Part shown: piece after piece, positions 28,643 through 41,365 of the stretch
Numbering within the stretch: the first letter of the stretch is position 1
Layout of the letters: each line of letters opens with the position of its first letter
NCBI GenBank assembly: GCA_963674705.1
Contig: OY771506.1
Coordinates: 384,001 to 448,000 of the forward strand
From: Phycisphaeraceae bacterium
Lineage (GTDB): Bacteria; Planctomycetota; Phycisphaerae; Phycisphaerales; Phycisphaeraceae
Direction of reading: 5' to 3'
DNA length: 64,000 nucleotides
Program-made: the position numbers and the translations under genes
Notes under the pieces: generated by a model
What the model saw: only the letters and a program-made list of their open reading frames with translations
The model's database searches: none
Told to the model about the DNA's origin: nothing

Positions 28643-29695
28643 ATGGCGATGGCCCTACCCATCCTCGACACCGCCCCGCAGCGCCCCATCTACGCGCAGG
28701 GGCCGCGCGACCTCGCCGCTGTGCGACTGCTTCGGCTTTCGGTCACCGATCGCTGTAATCTGCGGTGTGCGTACTGTATGCCTGAGGATGGCATCACATT
28801 CTATGACCGCAAAGACCTGTTATCCGCCGAGCAGATCATCACAGCGGCGGCGGCGGCCCGGTCCGTCGGGATCAACCACTTCAAAGTCACCGGCGGCGAG
28901 CCTACCGTCCGTAGCGACCTCGTCCAGATCATCCTGCAGCTCAAAGCGCTGGCCCCTGATGACTTGTCCATGACTACGAACGGGCTGTTGTTGCCGGACC
29001 TGGCCGGGGACCTGAAAGCCGCGGGCCTGGACCGGCTGACGATCAGTTGGGACTCGATGCAGCCTGAGGTCTTCAGGAAAATCACCGGCGGGCGATACGG
29101 GCTGGATCAGCTTCGCCGGGGTATTGATGCCGCGATTAATGCGGGTTTCGAGAAACTGAAGCTGAACGTGGTGGTGATCGGCGGGATGAACGTCGGGGAG
29201 GTCGGCGACTTTGCCCGTCTTACGCTGGATCGGCCCTGGACGGTCCGCTTCATCGAGTACATGCCCCTGGGAGAGAGCAAGCTGCTGGCGAACGGGCTGG
29301 ACACGGCCAAGCTCTACACGGTCGACAACGCCGCGGTCATGAAGCGGATCGAAAAGGAACTTGGACCGCTGACGGCTGTAAACCGCTCAACCGAGGCGGG
29401 GGTCGGCCCGGCGGATGTTTATACGCTTGCGAACGCCACGGGCCGCATCGGTTTCATCTCGGCGATGAGCCGGCCGTTCTGCGAACGTTGCAACCGGCTG
29501 CGTCTGACCGCCACGGGGCAACTGCGAGCGTGTTTGTTCGATGGCGGTGAGGTCAACGCCCTGCCGTTATTGCGTCGCATGCGGCCGGACGATGACCCGC
29601 AACCGTTGATCGATCTGATGGCCCAGAGCGTGGCCCAGAAGCCCGACACGCACTCGGCGCGCGGCAACCGCCCAATGAGTCAATTGGGCGGCTGA
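28643..29695 (+). CDS. moaA: GTP 3',8-cyclase
   Basis: CNLRCAYC, TGGEP, RFIEYMP, FCERCNRLR and terminal GG. Confidence 0.96.
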   Translation: MAMALPILDTAPQRPIYAQGPRDLAAVRLLRLSVTDRCNLRCAYCMPEDGITFYDRKDLLSAEQIITAAAAARSVGINHFKVTGGEPTVRSDLVQIILQLKALAPDDLSMTTNGLLLPDLAGDLKAAGLDRLTISWDSMQPEVFRKITGGRYGLDQLRRGIDAAINAGFEKLKLNVVVIGGMNVGEVGDFARLTLDRPWTVRFIEYMPLGESKLLANGLDTAKLYTVDNAAVMKRIEKELGPLTAVNRSTEAGVGPADVYTLANATGRIGFISAMSRPFCERCNRLRLTATGQLRACLFDGGEVNALPLLRRMRPDDDPQPLIDLMAQSVAQKPDTHSARGNRPMSQLGG

Positions 29696-29716
29696 CCGTA
29701 GGTATTCGTTTTTTAA

Positions 29717-29745
29717 CTCGGCGGGGTCGGGAGACCCGCGCCGAG
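29717..29745. repeat. REP-like hairpin between convergent genes
   Basis: CTCGGCGGGGTCGGGAGACCCGCGCCGAG. Confidence 0.55.
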
Positions 29746-29757
29746 CGCGTTGCTGGT

Positions 29758-30192
29758 TTAAGCTTCTTCAAGGCGGCGCTGTGCTTCACGCACGCCCAGC
29801 TTGCGGACGGCGGCGACGGCCGGCATCTGGCTGCGACGCGGACGGGTCTTTTCACGCTCCCACAGGTAAATCGTCTGGGCAGAGACGCCTACCAGCGTGG
29901 CGTAATCGGCCGCGGAAATGCCGAGTTTTTCCCGATGGCTGCGCAGGCCCTTGGCGCTGAAGCGGAAGCGTTCGCCTTCTTCCGACTCAACCTGAACCGA
30001 CTTGGACGGCTTGCCCTGCTGGGTCTTGAGCTTCGAGATGCGTTTCTGAAGGTCCTTGATCTGTCGCTTGAGTTCGGCGATGTCCCTGCGGTGCTGCGTC
30101 GCGGCCTTGCGGACGGATGCCATCTCTTGTTTGACTTCCTTGCGGGCAAGCCTTGCGATTTCGCTCTTCAGAACTTGTGTGAGGTTCGCCAT
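29758..30192 (-). CDS. Coiled-coil plus XRE-type HTH regulator
   Basis: LKSEIARLARKE N-terminus; LGISAADYATLVGVSAQTIYLWE HTH. Confidence 0.85.
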   Translation of the reverse strand: MANLTQVLKSEIARLARKEVKQEMASVRKAATQHRRDIAELKRQIKDLQKRISKLKTQQGKPSKSVQVESEEGERFRFSAKGLRSHREKLGISAADYATLVGVSAQTIYLWEREKTRPRRSQMPAVAAVRKLGVREAQRRLEEA

Positions 30193-30243
30193 ACAAATTG
30201 CTCCTTGATTTATTCGACCGAGCGGTGATTCGGCGCATTCGTG

Positions 30244-30705
30244 TCAAGAGGTCTGATCCTGGCTCTTGGCATCTCTGCGCCAGGCAACCTGCGGTGCATC
30301 ACCCCAGAGCATTTCCAGGTCGTAATGCGCCCGTGCCGTCGGCTCGAACAAGTGAATAATGGTGTCTACGTAATCCAGTACCAGCCAGGTCGAATCCGCG
30401 TCACGTTCGGAGCCGAAGCGGTCCAACCCGGATTCTTTCGCCAGATCATCCACCTGTCCGGCGACACCTTTGATCTGCCGGTCACTGGTGCCGGTGGCGA
30501 TCAGGATGTAGTCGGTCAGGTCGCTTAATTTATGCACATCGAAGAGGACAATATCTTCGCAGTGCAGGTCATGCAGCAGTCTTGCCGCCTCGATGAGAAA
30601 CGCGCGCACGACCTGTTCGCGTTCGGTGCCCGTGGGAGCGGGCTTGGGCCGATCGTTCAGGTGCAGAGCACTGGCGGTTGGATCTTCGCGGGACTGAGCA
30701 GTCAT
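30244..30705 (-). CDS. rsfS: Ribosome silencing factor
   Basis: TDYILIATG, WLVLDY and RAHYDLEMLW motifs. Confidence 0.93.
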   Translation of the reverse strand: MTAQSREDPTASALHLNDRPKPAPTGTEREQVVRAFLIEAARLLHDLHCEDIVLFDVHKLSDLTDYILIATGTSDRQIKGVAGQVDDLAKESGLDRFGSERDADSTWLVLDYVDTIIHLFEPTARAHYDLEMLWGDAPQVAWRRDAKSQDQTS

Positions 30706-30726
30706 GACATAAAAAAAGCTGTCGAT

Positions 30727-30757
30727 AAAAAACCCCCGACGGTAGCCCGCCGGGGGT
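30727..30757 (-). terminator. Intrinsic terminator after the membrane PPase gene
   Basis: ACCCCCG...CGGGGGT stem followed by a T run on the minus strand. Confidence 0.75.
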
Positions 30758-30801
30758 AGTTGATTATAGCAGATAAACGGTGCTAACGCATGGGAAGCCG
30801 A

Positions 30802-33171
<2,370 letters not shown>

Positions 33172-33389
33172 GATTGATATTCCTTATGAATAACGGGTAC
33201 GGGATAGATACGGGACCACCAAACGCACCACGGGTCGTAAAATGACCATATGGTCCGTTTCTTGAGTATAACGATTCTGCAAGATAGGTGCAGGCTGCAT
33301 GGAATCAATCCTGCTAGCTGGTGGGAGAACGAAAGAAGTCGGCGGCACGGGGCCCAAGAACAGCACCCCGTAAAGATAAGACCCCGCGC

Positions 33390-33608
33390 TTAGGCGCTGC
33401 GAGGACGACGCGTGACAGGGGGCGCACCATTGGGCACACGCCGTTTGGAACTCTTGCGCATCGCGCGTTGCTTGCGTTCCGAGGGCTTCTCGTAATAAGC
33501 CCGGCGTTTGATGTCCTTGGTCAGGCCTTCCTTTTCACACAGCTTCTTGAAGCGGCGCAACATCTGCTCCGCTGATTCACCGCTGCGTGCTTTGATACGT
33601 ATTGCCAT
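33390..33608 (-). CDS. rpsU: 30S ribosomal protein S21
   Basis: LRRFKK and YYEKPSE motifs; ATG at 33608. Confidence 0.93.
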   Translation of the reverse strand: MAIRIKARSGESAEQMLRRFKKLCEKEGLTKDIKRRAYYEKPSERKQRAMRKSSKRRVPNGAPPVTRRPRSA

Positions 33609-33796
33609 AATGCATGTCGCCTTTCTTGCGTCCGTAAGTTCGGTCCGGTTTAAGCCGTTTAGAGCCACACATTTTGGCAGACGCCAGCCCCAGATGCAAA
33701 TCGACTTCTATGTTCCTGACATCCGCAGGCGGATAGTCACCCGACAAACGCGCAAGTTACTGCAATCAATTTATTTACGAATATCTGCCCGACTGA

Positions 33797-34825
33797 TCAA
33801 TAGCTGTGATCACCGAGCTTCACCTTGCCGCGGAACGTCCAGTAGATCGCCAGCGTGTACGCCAGCACGCACGGCATGCCGAACAGCACCATCATCAGAC
33901 CGATCGTCAGCGTCTTGGAACTGGACGCCGCATGGTAGATCGTCAGCCCCTCGGCCGCCGGGTCCGCCGCCCTGACCATGTTCGGGAACAGGGCCGCTGC
34001 GAACAGGAACACGAACGCCGCGATCGAACAGGAGGAGCTGATAAACGCATAGAACGGCCTGCCCTGGAATAGCGCCCTGGGGATGTTCGCGATCGCCAGC
34101 ACGTTCAGTACCGGCACGATCCAAAGCCACTGGAATTGTTTGAAGTTCTCCACCGCCGCGGGCACTTCGACCAGCGTGAACATCGTCGTGATCAGGTACA
34201 GCACCAGGAACAAACCAAACGTCCGCCAGACGTAACGGTGCACGCGCTTCTGTAAATCGCCTTCGGTTTTCAGGTACAAAAAGATCGAGCCGTGCATCGC
34301 GAACAGCGACACCGTCATAAACCCGACCAGCAGCGAGTAAGGCGTGATCTGATCGAGCAGCGCCCCGGCATACTCGCCCCGCTCATCCAGCGGGATGCCT
34401 TTCATGATCGTCCCGGCCGCGACGCCGAACAGCAGAGGCACGCCCGCGCTTCCAAGGAAAAACGTCGTATCCCAAACGCGACGCCAAGCGCCCGCACCGA
34501 ACTTGCCACGGAACTCCATCGAGACGGCGCGCAGGATCAGGCAGAACAAAAGTGCCATAAACGCCGTGTAAAACCCGGAAAACAGTGTTGCGTACGCCTC
34601 GGGGAACATCGCGAATAACGCCCCACCGAACGTGACAAGCCAGACTTCGTTGCCGTCCCACAACGGTCCGATCGCGTTGATGAAAACACGTCGATCCTCA
34701 TCCGAGCGTGGCACGAACGGGTGCAGGATGCCCACACCCAGATCAAACCCGTCGAGGATCGCGTATCCGATCAGCAACACGCCCATGATCCCGAACCACA
34801 AGATGCAGAGGGTGTCATGATTCAT
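33797..34825 (-). CDS. cydB: Cytochrome bd oxidase subunit II
   Basis: LDGFDLGVG and WDGNEVWL motifs. Confidence 0.96.
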   Translation of the reverse strand: MNHDTLCILWFGIMGVLLIGYAILDGFDLGVGILHPFVPRSDEDRRVFINAIGPLWDGNEVWLVTFGGALFAMFPEAYATLFSGFYTAFMALLFCLILRAVSMEFRGKFGAGAWRRVWDTTFFLGSAGVPLLFGVAAGTIMKGIPLDERGEYAGALLDQITPYSLLVGFMTVSLFAMHGSIFLYLKTEGDLQKRVHRYVWRTFGLFLVLYLITTMFTLVEVPAAVENFKQFQWLWIVPVLNVLAIANIPRALFQGRPFYAFISSSCSIAAFVFLFAAALFPNMVRAADPAAEGLTIYHAASSSKTLTIGLMMVLFGMPCVLAYTLAIYWTFRGKVKLGDHSY

Positions 34826-36359
34826 CGTCCGCCTCCTGCATCATCCAGGTATCCGTCAGTGAATCGCCGTGACCGGGCCGACGCGCTGCGGTATCCATCA
34901 CGTCCTTCGCCCGGCCACTACCCCGCGCAAGGGGTATGGGGTCGGGCCCTTTGTGAATCTTATGGTTCAACACGATGATCCAGACCAGGAACAGCAAACT
35001 GTAGATCAAGCCGAACATAATGATCGAACCAAGTGTCTGCTCCCCGGAAATCACCGGGCTTACCGCATCGACTGTCCGCAAGCCCTGCGTCTCGTCGTAT
35101 GCAACTTTGCCCGTATCCGGATCGACCACGAGCGAGCCGTCATCGTTCCAATGCACCGGCGGATGCACGACCCAGGGCTGCCGCCCCACTTCCGCTGCAA
35201 CCCACCCCGCCTGGTTCGCCGCCACCGCGCCGAGCACCGCGATCACGAACACCCACATCAGCCAACGCTTATCGAACAGCGTCCCCCGCCAAGCGAGGAA
35301 ACTCGCCAATAGCGTCACCGCGATGAAGAACATGCCCAACCCGATCATCAGCCTGTAACTGGCAAACGGGAGCATGACAGGAGGCCGATCCTCCTTGCGG
35401 AATTTGTCCAGCCCTTCCACGGACTGACTGAAGTTCTCAAACAGCAGGAAACTCAGCCCGCCGGGGATCGCTACATCCCCCTTAATGGTCTGGGATTGCA
35501 CATCGGGCAGGCCGAACACACTCAGATCACCGCGCCCCGTTTCAAAATGCCCTTCAAATGCCGCGAGCTTTGCCGGCTGGGTTTGATAGACCGTCTTGGC
35601 CTGGAAGTGCCCGGAGAATAACGCCGCCAGGCTCGCGATCGTCGCAAAGATCAACGCGCCACGGAACGAACGCTTGGCAAACTCGACATGCTGTTTCTTA
35701 AGAATGTAGTACGCCGAGATACTCAGGATAAAAAACGAACCCATGATGAAGCAGCCGATCAGGACGTGGCTCAGCCGATTGACCGTCGACGGGTTGAACA
35801 CCACCTCCCAGAAGTTCGTGATCTGCGCCCGCATCACGACTTCGCCGTTGACGATCCAAGGCTGGCCGTCGCGCATCATCGGCACGACCTCGTGGCCGGC
35901 GGGCGTCTGCTGCCAACTGTTGGCGACCACGATCCACACCGAGGAGAAGATCGAACCCAGCGCGACCATACACGTCGAGAAAAAGTGCATCTTCGGCCCG
36001 ACCCGGTCCCAGCCGAACACCAGGACTGCCAGGAAACCGGATTCCAGGAAGAAGGCGAAGATCCCCTCCGCCGCGAGCGCCGAACCGAACACATCGCCGA
36101 CGAATCGCGAATACGCCGACCAGTTGGTGCCGAACTGGAACTCCATCACGATCCCGCTGGCGACACCGATCGCGAAGTTCAGCGCGAAGATGCGCGTCCA
36201 GAACTGCTGGGCGATGCGGTAAAGCGGATCGCCCGTCCTGATGTACCTGGCCCCTAGGTAGACCAGCACCACCCCCATGCCGATGGTCAACGGCGGGTAC
36301 AGGTAATGAAACATCACGGTCAGAGCGAACTGAAGACGTGAGAGCAGTACAACATCCAT
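34815..36359 (-). CDS. cydA: Cytochrome bd oxidase subunit I
   Basis: [19 protein letters not shown] and EVGRQPW motifs. Confidence 0.96.
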   Translation of the reverse strand: MDVVLLSRLQFALTVMFHYLYPPLTIGMGVVLVYLGARYIRTGDPLYRIAQQFWTRIFALNFAIGVASGIVMEFQFGTNWSAYSRFVGDVFGSALAAEGIFAFFLESGFLAVLVFGWDRVGPKMHFFSTCMVALGSIFSSVWIVVANSWQQTPAGHEVVPMMRDGQPWIVNGEVVMRAQITNFWEVVFNPSTVNRLSHVLIGCFIMGSFFILSISAYYILKKQHVEFAKRSFRGALIFATIASLAALFSGHFQAKTVYQTQPAKLAAFEGHFETGRGDLSVFGLPDVQSQTIKGDVAIPGGLSFLLFENFSQSVEGLDKFRKEDRPPVMLPFASYRLMIGLGMFFIAVTLLASFLAWRGTLFDKRWLMWVFVIAVLGAVAANQAGWVAAEVGRQPWVVHPPVHWNDDGSLVVDPDTGKVAYDETQGLRTVDAVSPVISGEQTLGSIIMFGLIYSLLFLVWIIVLNHKIHKGPDPIPLARGSGRAKDVMDTAARRPGHGDSLTDTWMMQEADDES

Positions 36360-36550
36360 GAGCGGACCTCCAATCGGGCTAATGGATGTGGTGCATCACA
36401 ACCCCTGGCCACATCCCCACCCGCGACATTAAGCAGCCGCCCTGACCGGCCTTACCGGTTACTGCTTGATAGTCATAACGATAGACATCCAGCAATTATT
36501 GTCCAGTCAGCAGGTTATCCACCATTGATTCCTGTTCTCATCAAAAATGA

Positions 36551-36579
36551 TTGACGTGTCCTGAATAGCGCGTGATACT
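36551..36579 (+). promoter_or_regulatory. Sigma-70-type promoter
   Basis: TTGACG-17 nt-GATACT, 6 nt before ATG 36586. Confidence 0.55.
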
Positions 36580-36585
36580 GCGCGC

Positions 36586-37602
36586 ATGTGGTTGGCAACT
36601 GACCAATCTGGGGTCCGGGTTCCAATGAAAGTGGTGTATCAACCGTCCTGGCTGACGTGGGTCGCGTCCTGCACAACCTGCCTGCAAGCCCTCGGTGTCG
36701 ACTGCGACCAGGCCGATGTGGCGGGGTACAGCGGTTACGCGTTCCATCTGGCCGTCAGCCAGGAACTTTGTCCCTCGGGCCCAACCATGGTCGATTGGGA
36801 GCGCCTCGCCGCCGCAGGCCGCTGGTTAGGTAGATCCACCACCGCATTCATCAGCAGCGACTGCCACACACCCGAACACGCCAACGACGCAACGCGCGCC
36901 CACTGCCGTGCCGCGTTCGAGTTAGCTAAAAGTGAGATTGAAGCGGGCAGGCCTTGCGTGATCTGGGGGGCGTACGTGCCGGAGTTCGCCGTCTGCGTCG
37001 GCATCGATGGTGAGTCGTACCTCGTCGAGAGCTATAAAAGCCATACAGGCGATCCGCAGCCGCCGATCCCCTACGACGAACTAAACGCGCCCGGCGGGCC
37101 GTATACCCTCGCATTCCCCACGCCGCGCCTCGAACGCCCGAAGCAAAACGATCCCCTGCCCGCGATCGCCGCCAAGTGCGCGATCAATAACGCGATCAGC
37201 TTCGCCAATGGCACCATCCTCGGCGTCCCCCACCGCTACGGCGTCCCCGGCATCGAACTGTGGATCGAATCACTCAAGCAGCACCAGGCCCTCAAATTCG
37301 GCAACGCCTACAACGCCGCCTGCTACGCACAGGCTCGCCGCTACGCACACAGCTTCATTCGTCGTCTTGCCGAAAAACACCCCGTCGCCTCTGCACCACT
37401 CAATCAGGCTGCCGAAGCCTACGACCGCTGCGCCTCGGCGCTTGGCAGAGTCAGCGAGTTGTTCCCCTTCAAAGGGGCCGAAGAAGGCATGGTGGATGAT
37501 GATGTGAAGATCAAAGAAGCGGTTGGATCGCTCGAACTAGCAAAGGCAGCGGAAGCACAGGCTGTGCAATCACTGGCAAAGGCGATCGATAGCCCTTGGT
37601 AG
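36586..37602 (+). CDS. Hypothetical protein, BtrH/C39-like N-terminal fold plus helical C-terminus
   Basis: GYSGYAF and EIEAGRPCVIW pattern; fold call is a guess. Confidence 0.65.
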   Translation: MWLATDQSGVRVPMKVVYQPSWLTWVASCTTCLQALGVDCDQADVAGYSGYAFHLAVSQELCPSGPTMVDWERLAAAGRWLGRSTTAFISSDCHTPEHANDATRAHCRAAFELAKSEIEAGRPCVIWGAYVPEFAVCVGIDGESYLVESYKSHTGDPQPPIPYDELNAPGGPYTLAFPTPRLERPKQNDPLPAIAAKCAINNAISFANGTILGVPHRYGVPGIELWIESLKQHQALKFGNAYNAACYAQARRYAHSFIRRLAEKHPVASAPLNQAAEAYDRCASALGRVSELFPFKGAEEGMVDDDVKIKEAVGSLELAKAAEAQAVQSLAKAIDSPW

Positions 37603-37637
37603 ATCACCTTCATACAAAGCTGCAGCACCAAGTTAAC

Positions 37638-37661
37638 GCCCGGGGATAGCTATCCCCGGGC
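37638..37661. repeat. REP-like palindrome, family C
   Basis: GCCCGGGGATAG-CTATCCCCGGGC perfect palindrome next to the transposase stop. Confidence 0.9.
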
Positions 37662-37662
37662 T

Positions 37663-38282
37663 TTAGGGTGTTGGGAAGTTGAATCCCCGTTTAACCAGAT
37701 AAACCGCGCCGTCTTGTTTCACATGATCGTAGATGTAGGACGTGATATTGATCTGATGTTTGCGGTCGCGGTTCGGATCGATCTTGGGACGCACACCCCA
37801 GACGGGGCTTTCGGGTTTGAGATGATTTTTGGACAACACGAAGGATGCGTGCTTCCGCGCTCGGCCAATGAAGTGGCGCGGAGCGGGATCACGGCCATCC
37901 TGAAGGATACTCTTAGCGTAACGCTGCGCGACCTCATCAGACAACGACGGGAACCTCGCCAGCAGGTGAAAGTGATTGGACATGATGGCTAGCGCGATTA
38001 CTTCCACTGCGTCTTGCTCAAACTTGTCGATCATCGCATGGCAGATTAATCGTCTCTGTTGTGCGCTGAGTTTGACCGGTGGGTATCGCAACTCGGTCTT
38101 TGATTTTTCAAAGATCGGTGCAAACACGCCGGGGGAGGTGGGTTTCGGTAATCGCCCTCCACATGTTGACGGTGTTGGAATGTACGGAAACCGCGTGGAT
38201 CGCCGCGCAACCATATGCCGTACGTGCTTCCCACAGCGTGATACCAGTTGTTCCATGCATTGGGATTGCGACCACCCGGCAT
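37663..38282 (-). pseudogene. REP-associated tyrosine transposase, frameshifted
   Basis: N-terminus WYHAVGSTYGIWLRGDPRGF...GDYRNPPP in one frame; NHFHLL and ITSYIYDH in another; the switch is at the G5 run 38131-38135. Confidence 0.85.
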
Positions 38283-38298
38283 ACCTAAAGCGTACCTC

Positions 38299-38330
38299 TA
38301 AAGCCCGGGGATTGCCATCCCCGGGCTTTA
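38299..38330. repeat. REP-like palindrome, family C
   Basis: TAAAGCCCGGGGAT-TGCC-ATCCCCGGGCTTTA. Confidence 0.9.
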
Positions 38331-38482
38331 CAAAATCCAGTTTATTACTACCCCAACGCCCATCGCACACAACGCCTTGATCCTCACGCATCAATCGAGG
38401 GATTATCTACAGAGTAGGTCTGATCCCGTTTCCTTCCCTGGTGGCATTCGGGTGCAGCCCCGTGTGGGAAGCCTCACAACGA

Positions 38483-38818
38483 TCACTCAAATTGTTTTAC
38501 GAAGGCCTCGATCGCAGTTGTAACGAATGACAACTGCTCCGTTGAGGCGTCGTCCTTCAGCGGGATGATTCGCAGTACATCCTCCAACCCTATCTTCATC
38601 TGATCAAACTCATGGTTACCATTCTCTTCGGATCCAAAGAATCGTGTGTGGAACATCCACCCGTAGATTCCACACGTGATGGACCAGGGCGCAACTGAGC
38701 CACCTTCTTCCAGTGTGATCCGAGCGCCCAGATCGTGCTCTTCGTCGCGTCGAATGGTACCGCCTTCTGAACCGCTTGTGCCGAGTGAGTTTCCGTCATC
38801 GAAAGCGGCCCATCCCAT
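38483..38818 (-). CDS. Hypothetical protein
   Basis: GGAG RBS and plausible composition. Confidence 0.65.
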   Translation of the reverse strand: MGWAAFDDGNSLGTSGSEGGTIRRDEEHDLGARITLEEGGSVAPWSITCGIYGWMFHTRFFGSEENGNHEFDQMKIGLEDVLRIIPLKDDASTEQLSFVTTAIEAFVKQFE

Positions 38819-38878
38819 TCGATTGCTCCAGAACTAGAAACGGTGAATGATCCTGTATTGGGATATCTATATCATCCC

Positions 38879-39886
38879 TCACGGCCAGATCACAACCTCG
38901 CGCTTCAGCGCGACACCGCTGTGATCCAAGACCGTCTGTTGGATGTGGTCCATCAATGCGATGACATCCGCGGCTTTGGCGCCGGGGTGGGTGAAGATGA
39001 AGTTGGCGTGGCGCTGGGAGACTTCTGCGCCGCCGATGCGGTAGCCTTTCAAGCCTGCCTCATCGATCAGCTTGCCGGCGGACTCTCGTCGGGTCGGTGG
39101 TGGCGGGCCGTCTTCTTCATCGGGCACGTAACCCGGGACGGGAACGTTCGGATTCTTGAACGCGCAGCCGGCGGAGTTTTCGGCCATGGGCTGGGTTGTC
39201 TTCTTGTATAGGAAGATCTCTTTGACGCGGCGGGCGATCTCCTGCGGGTCGGCCTCGTCCATGTCGAACTCAACATCGAGGATGTAGGGCGCGACGATGT
39301 TGGTTGTGCGGTAGCCGAAGACCAGGTCGTCGCGGTCACGGCAATAGGCTTGGCCGTTCTCTGCCATGACGTGGACTTTGTAGACGGTTGAGCCGATGTC
39401 GCCGTACGCCCCGCCGCAGTTCATCCGCACGGCTCCGCCGACGCTTGCCGGGATACCCGCGACGTGTGCCAGTCCCGCCAGCCCCATCTTGGCGCATTCG
39501 AGCACCAGCTTGAACAGGTCCACGCCCGGCCCGGCGGTCAGTTTCGTGCCGTCGACCGTGATCTGGTCAAACGCCGGATCGTCCAGCTTGATGACGATGC
39601 CTGAAACGCCACCATCCTTGACAAGCAGGTTGGCCCCGCTGCCGAGGACGTACGTCGGGATCTCATTTTCGTAGCACTTGGCCGCGAGCGCCGACAACTG
39701 GGCAATGCCCGCCGGATGCGCAAGCACATCGGCCTTGCCGCCCACGCCGTACCACGTCATCTTTTCGCCGATCGGCACGTCGGTTTCGTGACGGATACCC
39801 AGCTCTTCGAGGAGGGCTGTGAGTTGCTTGGGTGTGTGTGTCGTATTCACTTCGCCAGATGCCAATGCCCGCTCCGTCCATGTCAA
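38879..39886 (-). CDS. murB: UDP-N-acetylmuramate dehydrogenase
   Basis: LGSGANLL, GIPASVGGAVRMN, SAGCAFKNP and HANF motifs. Confidence 0.95.
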   Translation of the reverse strand: MTWTERALASGEVNTTHTPKQLTALLEELGIRHETDVPIGEKMTWYGVGGKADVLAHPAGIAQLSALAAKCYENEIPTYVLGSGANLLVKDGGVSGIVIKLDDPAFDQITVDGTKLTAGPGVDLFKLVLECAKMGLAGLAHVAGIPASVGGAVRMNCGGAYGDIGSTVYKVHVMAENGQAYCRDRDDLVFGYRTTNIVAPYILDVEFDMDEADPQEIARRVKEIFLYKKTTQPMAENSAGCAFKNPNVPVPGYVPDEEDGPPPPTRRESAGKLIDEAGLKGYRIGGAEVSQRHANFIFTHPGAKAADVIALMDHIQQTVLDHSGVALKREVVIWP

Positions 39887-39962
39887 GGGGTCTATCTACC
39901 AGATACCCCCGTGCCTGAGTGTACCTTGGAATCTGATCGGCGTTGCACAGCTAAACCATTAA

Positions 39963-41183
39963 TTACATCGCCGAGTCTATCCATCCACCGCCCAGCACGC
40001 GGTCCCCGTCGTAACACACCACGGCCTGGCCCGGCGTCACCGCGGCGATCGGCTTATCAAACTTCACCTCCAGCGCGTCCTCAGCAGTAAAACGCACGCG
40101 GCCCGGAGTCGGTTCGCTGTTATAACGGACCTTCACACCGCAAGATCGCCAATCGTCCGGCTTCTCGCCGGCAAGCCAGTTGGTCTGGCTCGCGGTCAGG
40201 CCGCTGGATAACAGGTCTTCCTTGCTGCCGACGGTGACGGTATTGGCTTCGGGGTCCAGGTGCGTGACGTAGATCGGATAGCCCAGCGCGACGCCGACGC
40301 CCCGCCGCTGGCCGATCGTGAAGTGCTGGTGGCCGGGGTGTTCGCCGACGACTTTGCCCTCGCGGTCTACGATCTGGCCGGGCTTCACCTGATCCGGGCT
40401 CCGACGCTCGACTAACCTGGCGTAATCGTTATCCGGCACAAAGCAGATCTCCTGGCTGTCCGGCTTATCCCCGACGCCAAGGCCCATATCCCGGGCACGC
40501 TGACGCACCTCGGATTTATGCATCTCACCGATCGGCAGCAGCATGTCGTCCAGCCGGTCGCGCGAGCTGCCGAACAGGACGTAGCTCTGGTCTTTGTTCG
40601 TATCCAGCCCACGCATGAGTTGTGCGTGCCCGTCGCCGTTGCGCTCGATCCGTGCGTAGTGCCCGCTGGCGATGTAGTCGGCGTCGATCGATTTGGCGTA
40701 ATCGTGCAGCTTCCCGAACTTCAGCCAATCGTTACACCGCACGCAGGGGTTGGGCGTCCGCCCGGCGTTGTACTCCTGCACGAAGTAATTGATGATCCGC
40801 CCGAAGTCCCTTTTGAAGTTCAGGACATAAAAAGGGACGCCCAACCGGGCCGCGACCAGCCTGGCGTCGCTGGCGTCGTTTACAGAGCAGCAGCCCTGAT
40901 GTCGGGTCTCGGGCTTCGGGTATCGGGTATCGGAAGATGCGTTAGGATGGCCCGATTCACCGGATTTACCGACACCCGAATCCCGAGACCCGATACCCGA
41001 CCCGCAGGCTTCTTCCCGGATATTGTCGTATCCATCCGCGATTTCGGCCTCATCCTCGCTGCCGAGGCGCATGAAACAGCCGACCACCTCGTAGCCCCGC
41101 TCGATCAGCAGGGCCGCGGCGACGGAGCTGTCGACCCCGCCAGACATCGCTACAACCACTTTTTTTCCCGCACCTGGTAGCAT
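39963..41183 (-). CDS. mnmA: tRNA 2-thiouridylase
   Basis: MSGGVDSS, TPNPCVRCN, GHYAR, KDQSY, DSQEICF and TPGQ motifs. Confidence 0.97.
   Translation of the reverse strand: MLPGAGKKVVVAMSGGVDSSVAAALLIERGYEVVGCFMRLGSEDEAEIADGYDNIREEACGSGIGSRDSGVGKSGESGHPNASSDTRYPKPETRHQGCCSVNDASDARLVAARLGVPFYVLNFKRDFGRIINYFVQEYNAGRTPNPCVRCNDWLKFGKLHDYAKSIDADYIASGHYARIERNGDGHAQLMRGLDTNKDQSYVLFGSSRDRLDDMLLPIGEMHKSEVRQRARDMGLGVGDKPDSQEICFVPDNDYARLVERRSPDQVKPGQIVDREGKVVGEHPGHQHFTIGQRRGVGVALGYPIYVTHLDPEANTVTVGSKEDLLSSGLTASQTNWLAGEKPDDWRSCGVKVRYNSEPTPGRVRFTAEDALEVKFDKPIAAVTPGQAVVCYDGDRVLGGGWIDSAM
40901..41001. repeat. Heptamer palindrome in frame inside mnmA
   Basis: TCGGG(TC/CT/TA) arm and CCCGA(AT/GA/TA) arm around a ~35 nt spacer. 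Confidence 0.9.
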
Positions 41184-41365
41184 GACCCGTCATTTTAGCC
41201 CATTTGGGACGAACAAAGTAGGTATGATGCACGTCAAATAGCTTTGGGATAATCCCCCAACGAAGTTTGTCCCCGGCCAAGTTCGCCGGTACGCTCATAG
41301 CAACGCATCAGATGTCAGGGGATATCTACACGATCCAACGAACCGGGAAGGATAAGGAGTTGAAG

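Noticed and set aside
37663..38394. 243-aa ORF as an intact gene
   Set aside because: Its N-terminus crosses a REP palindrome; the conserved N-terminus is in another frame starting at 38282.
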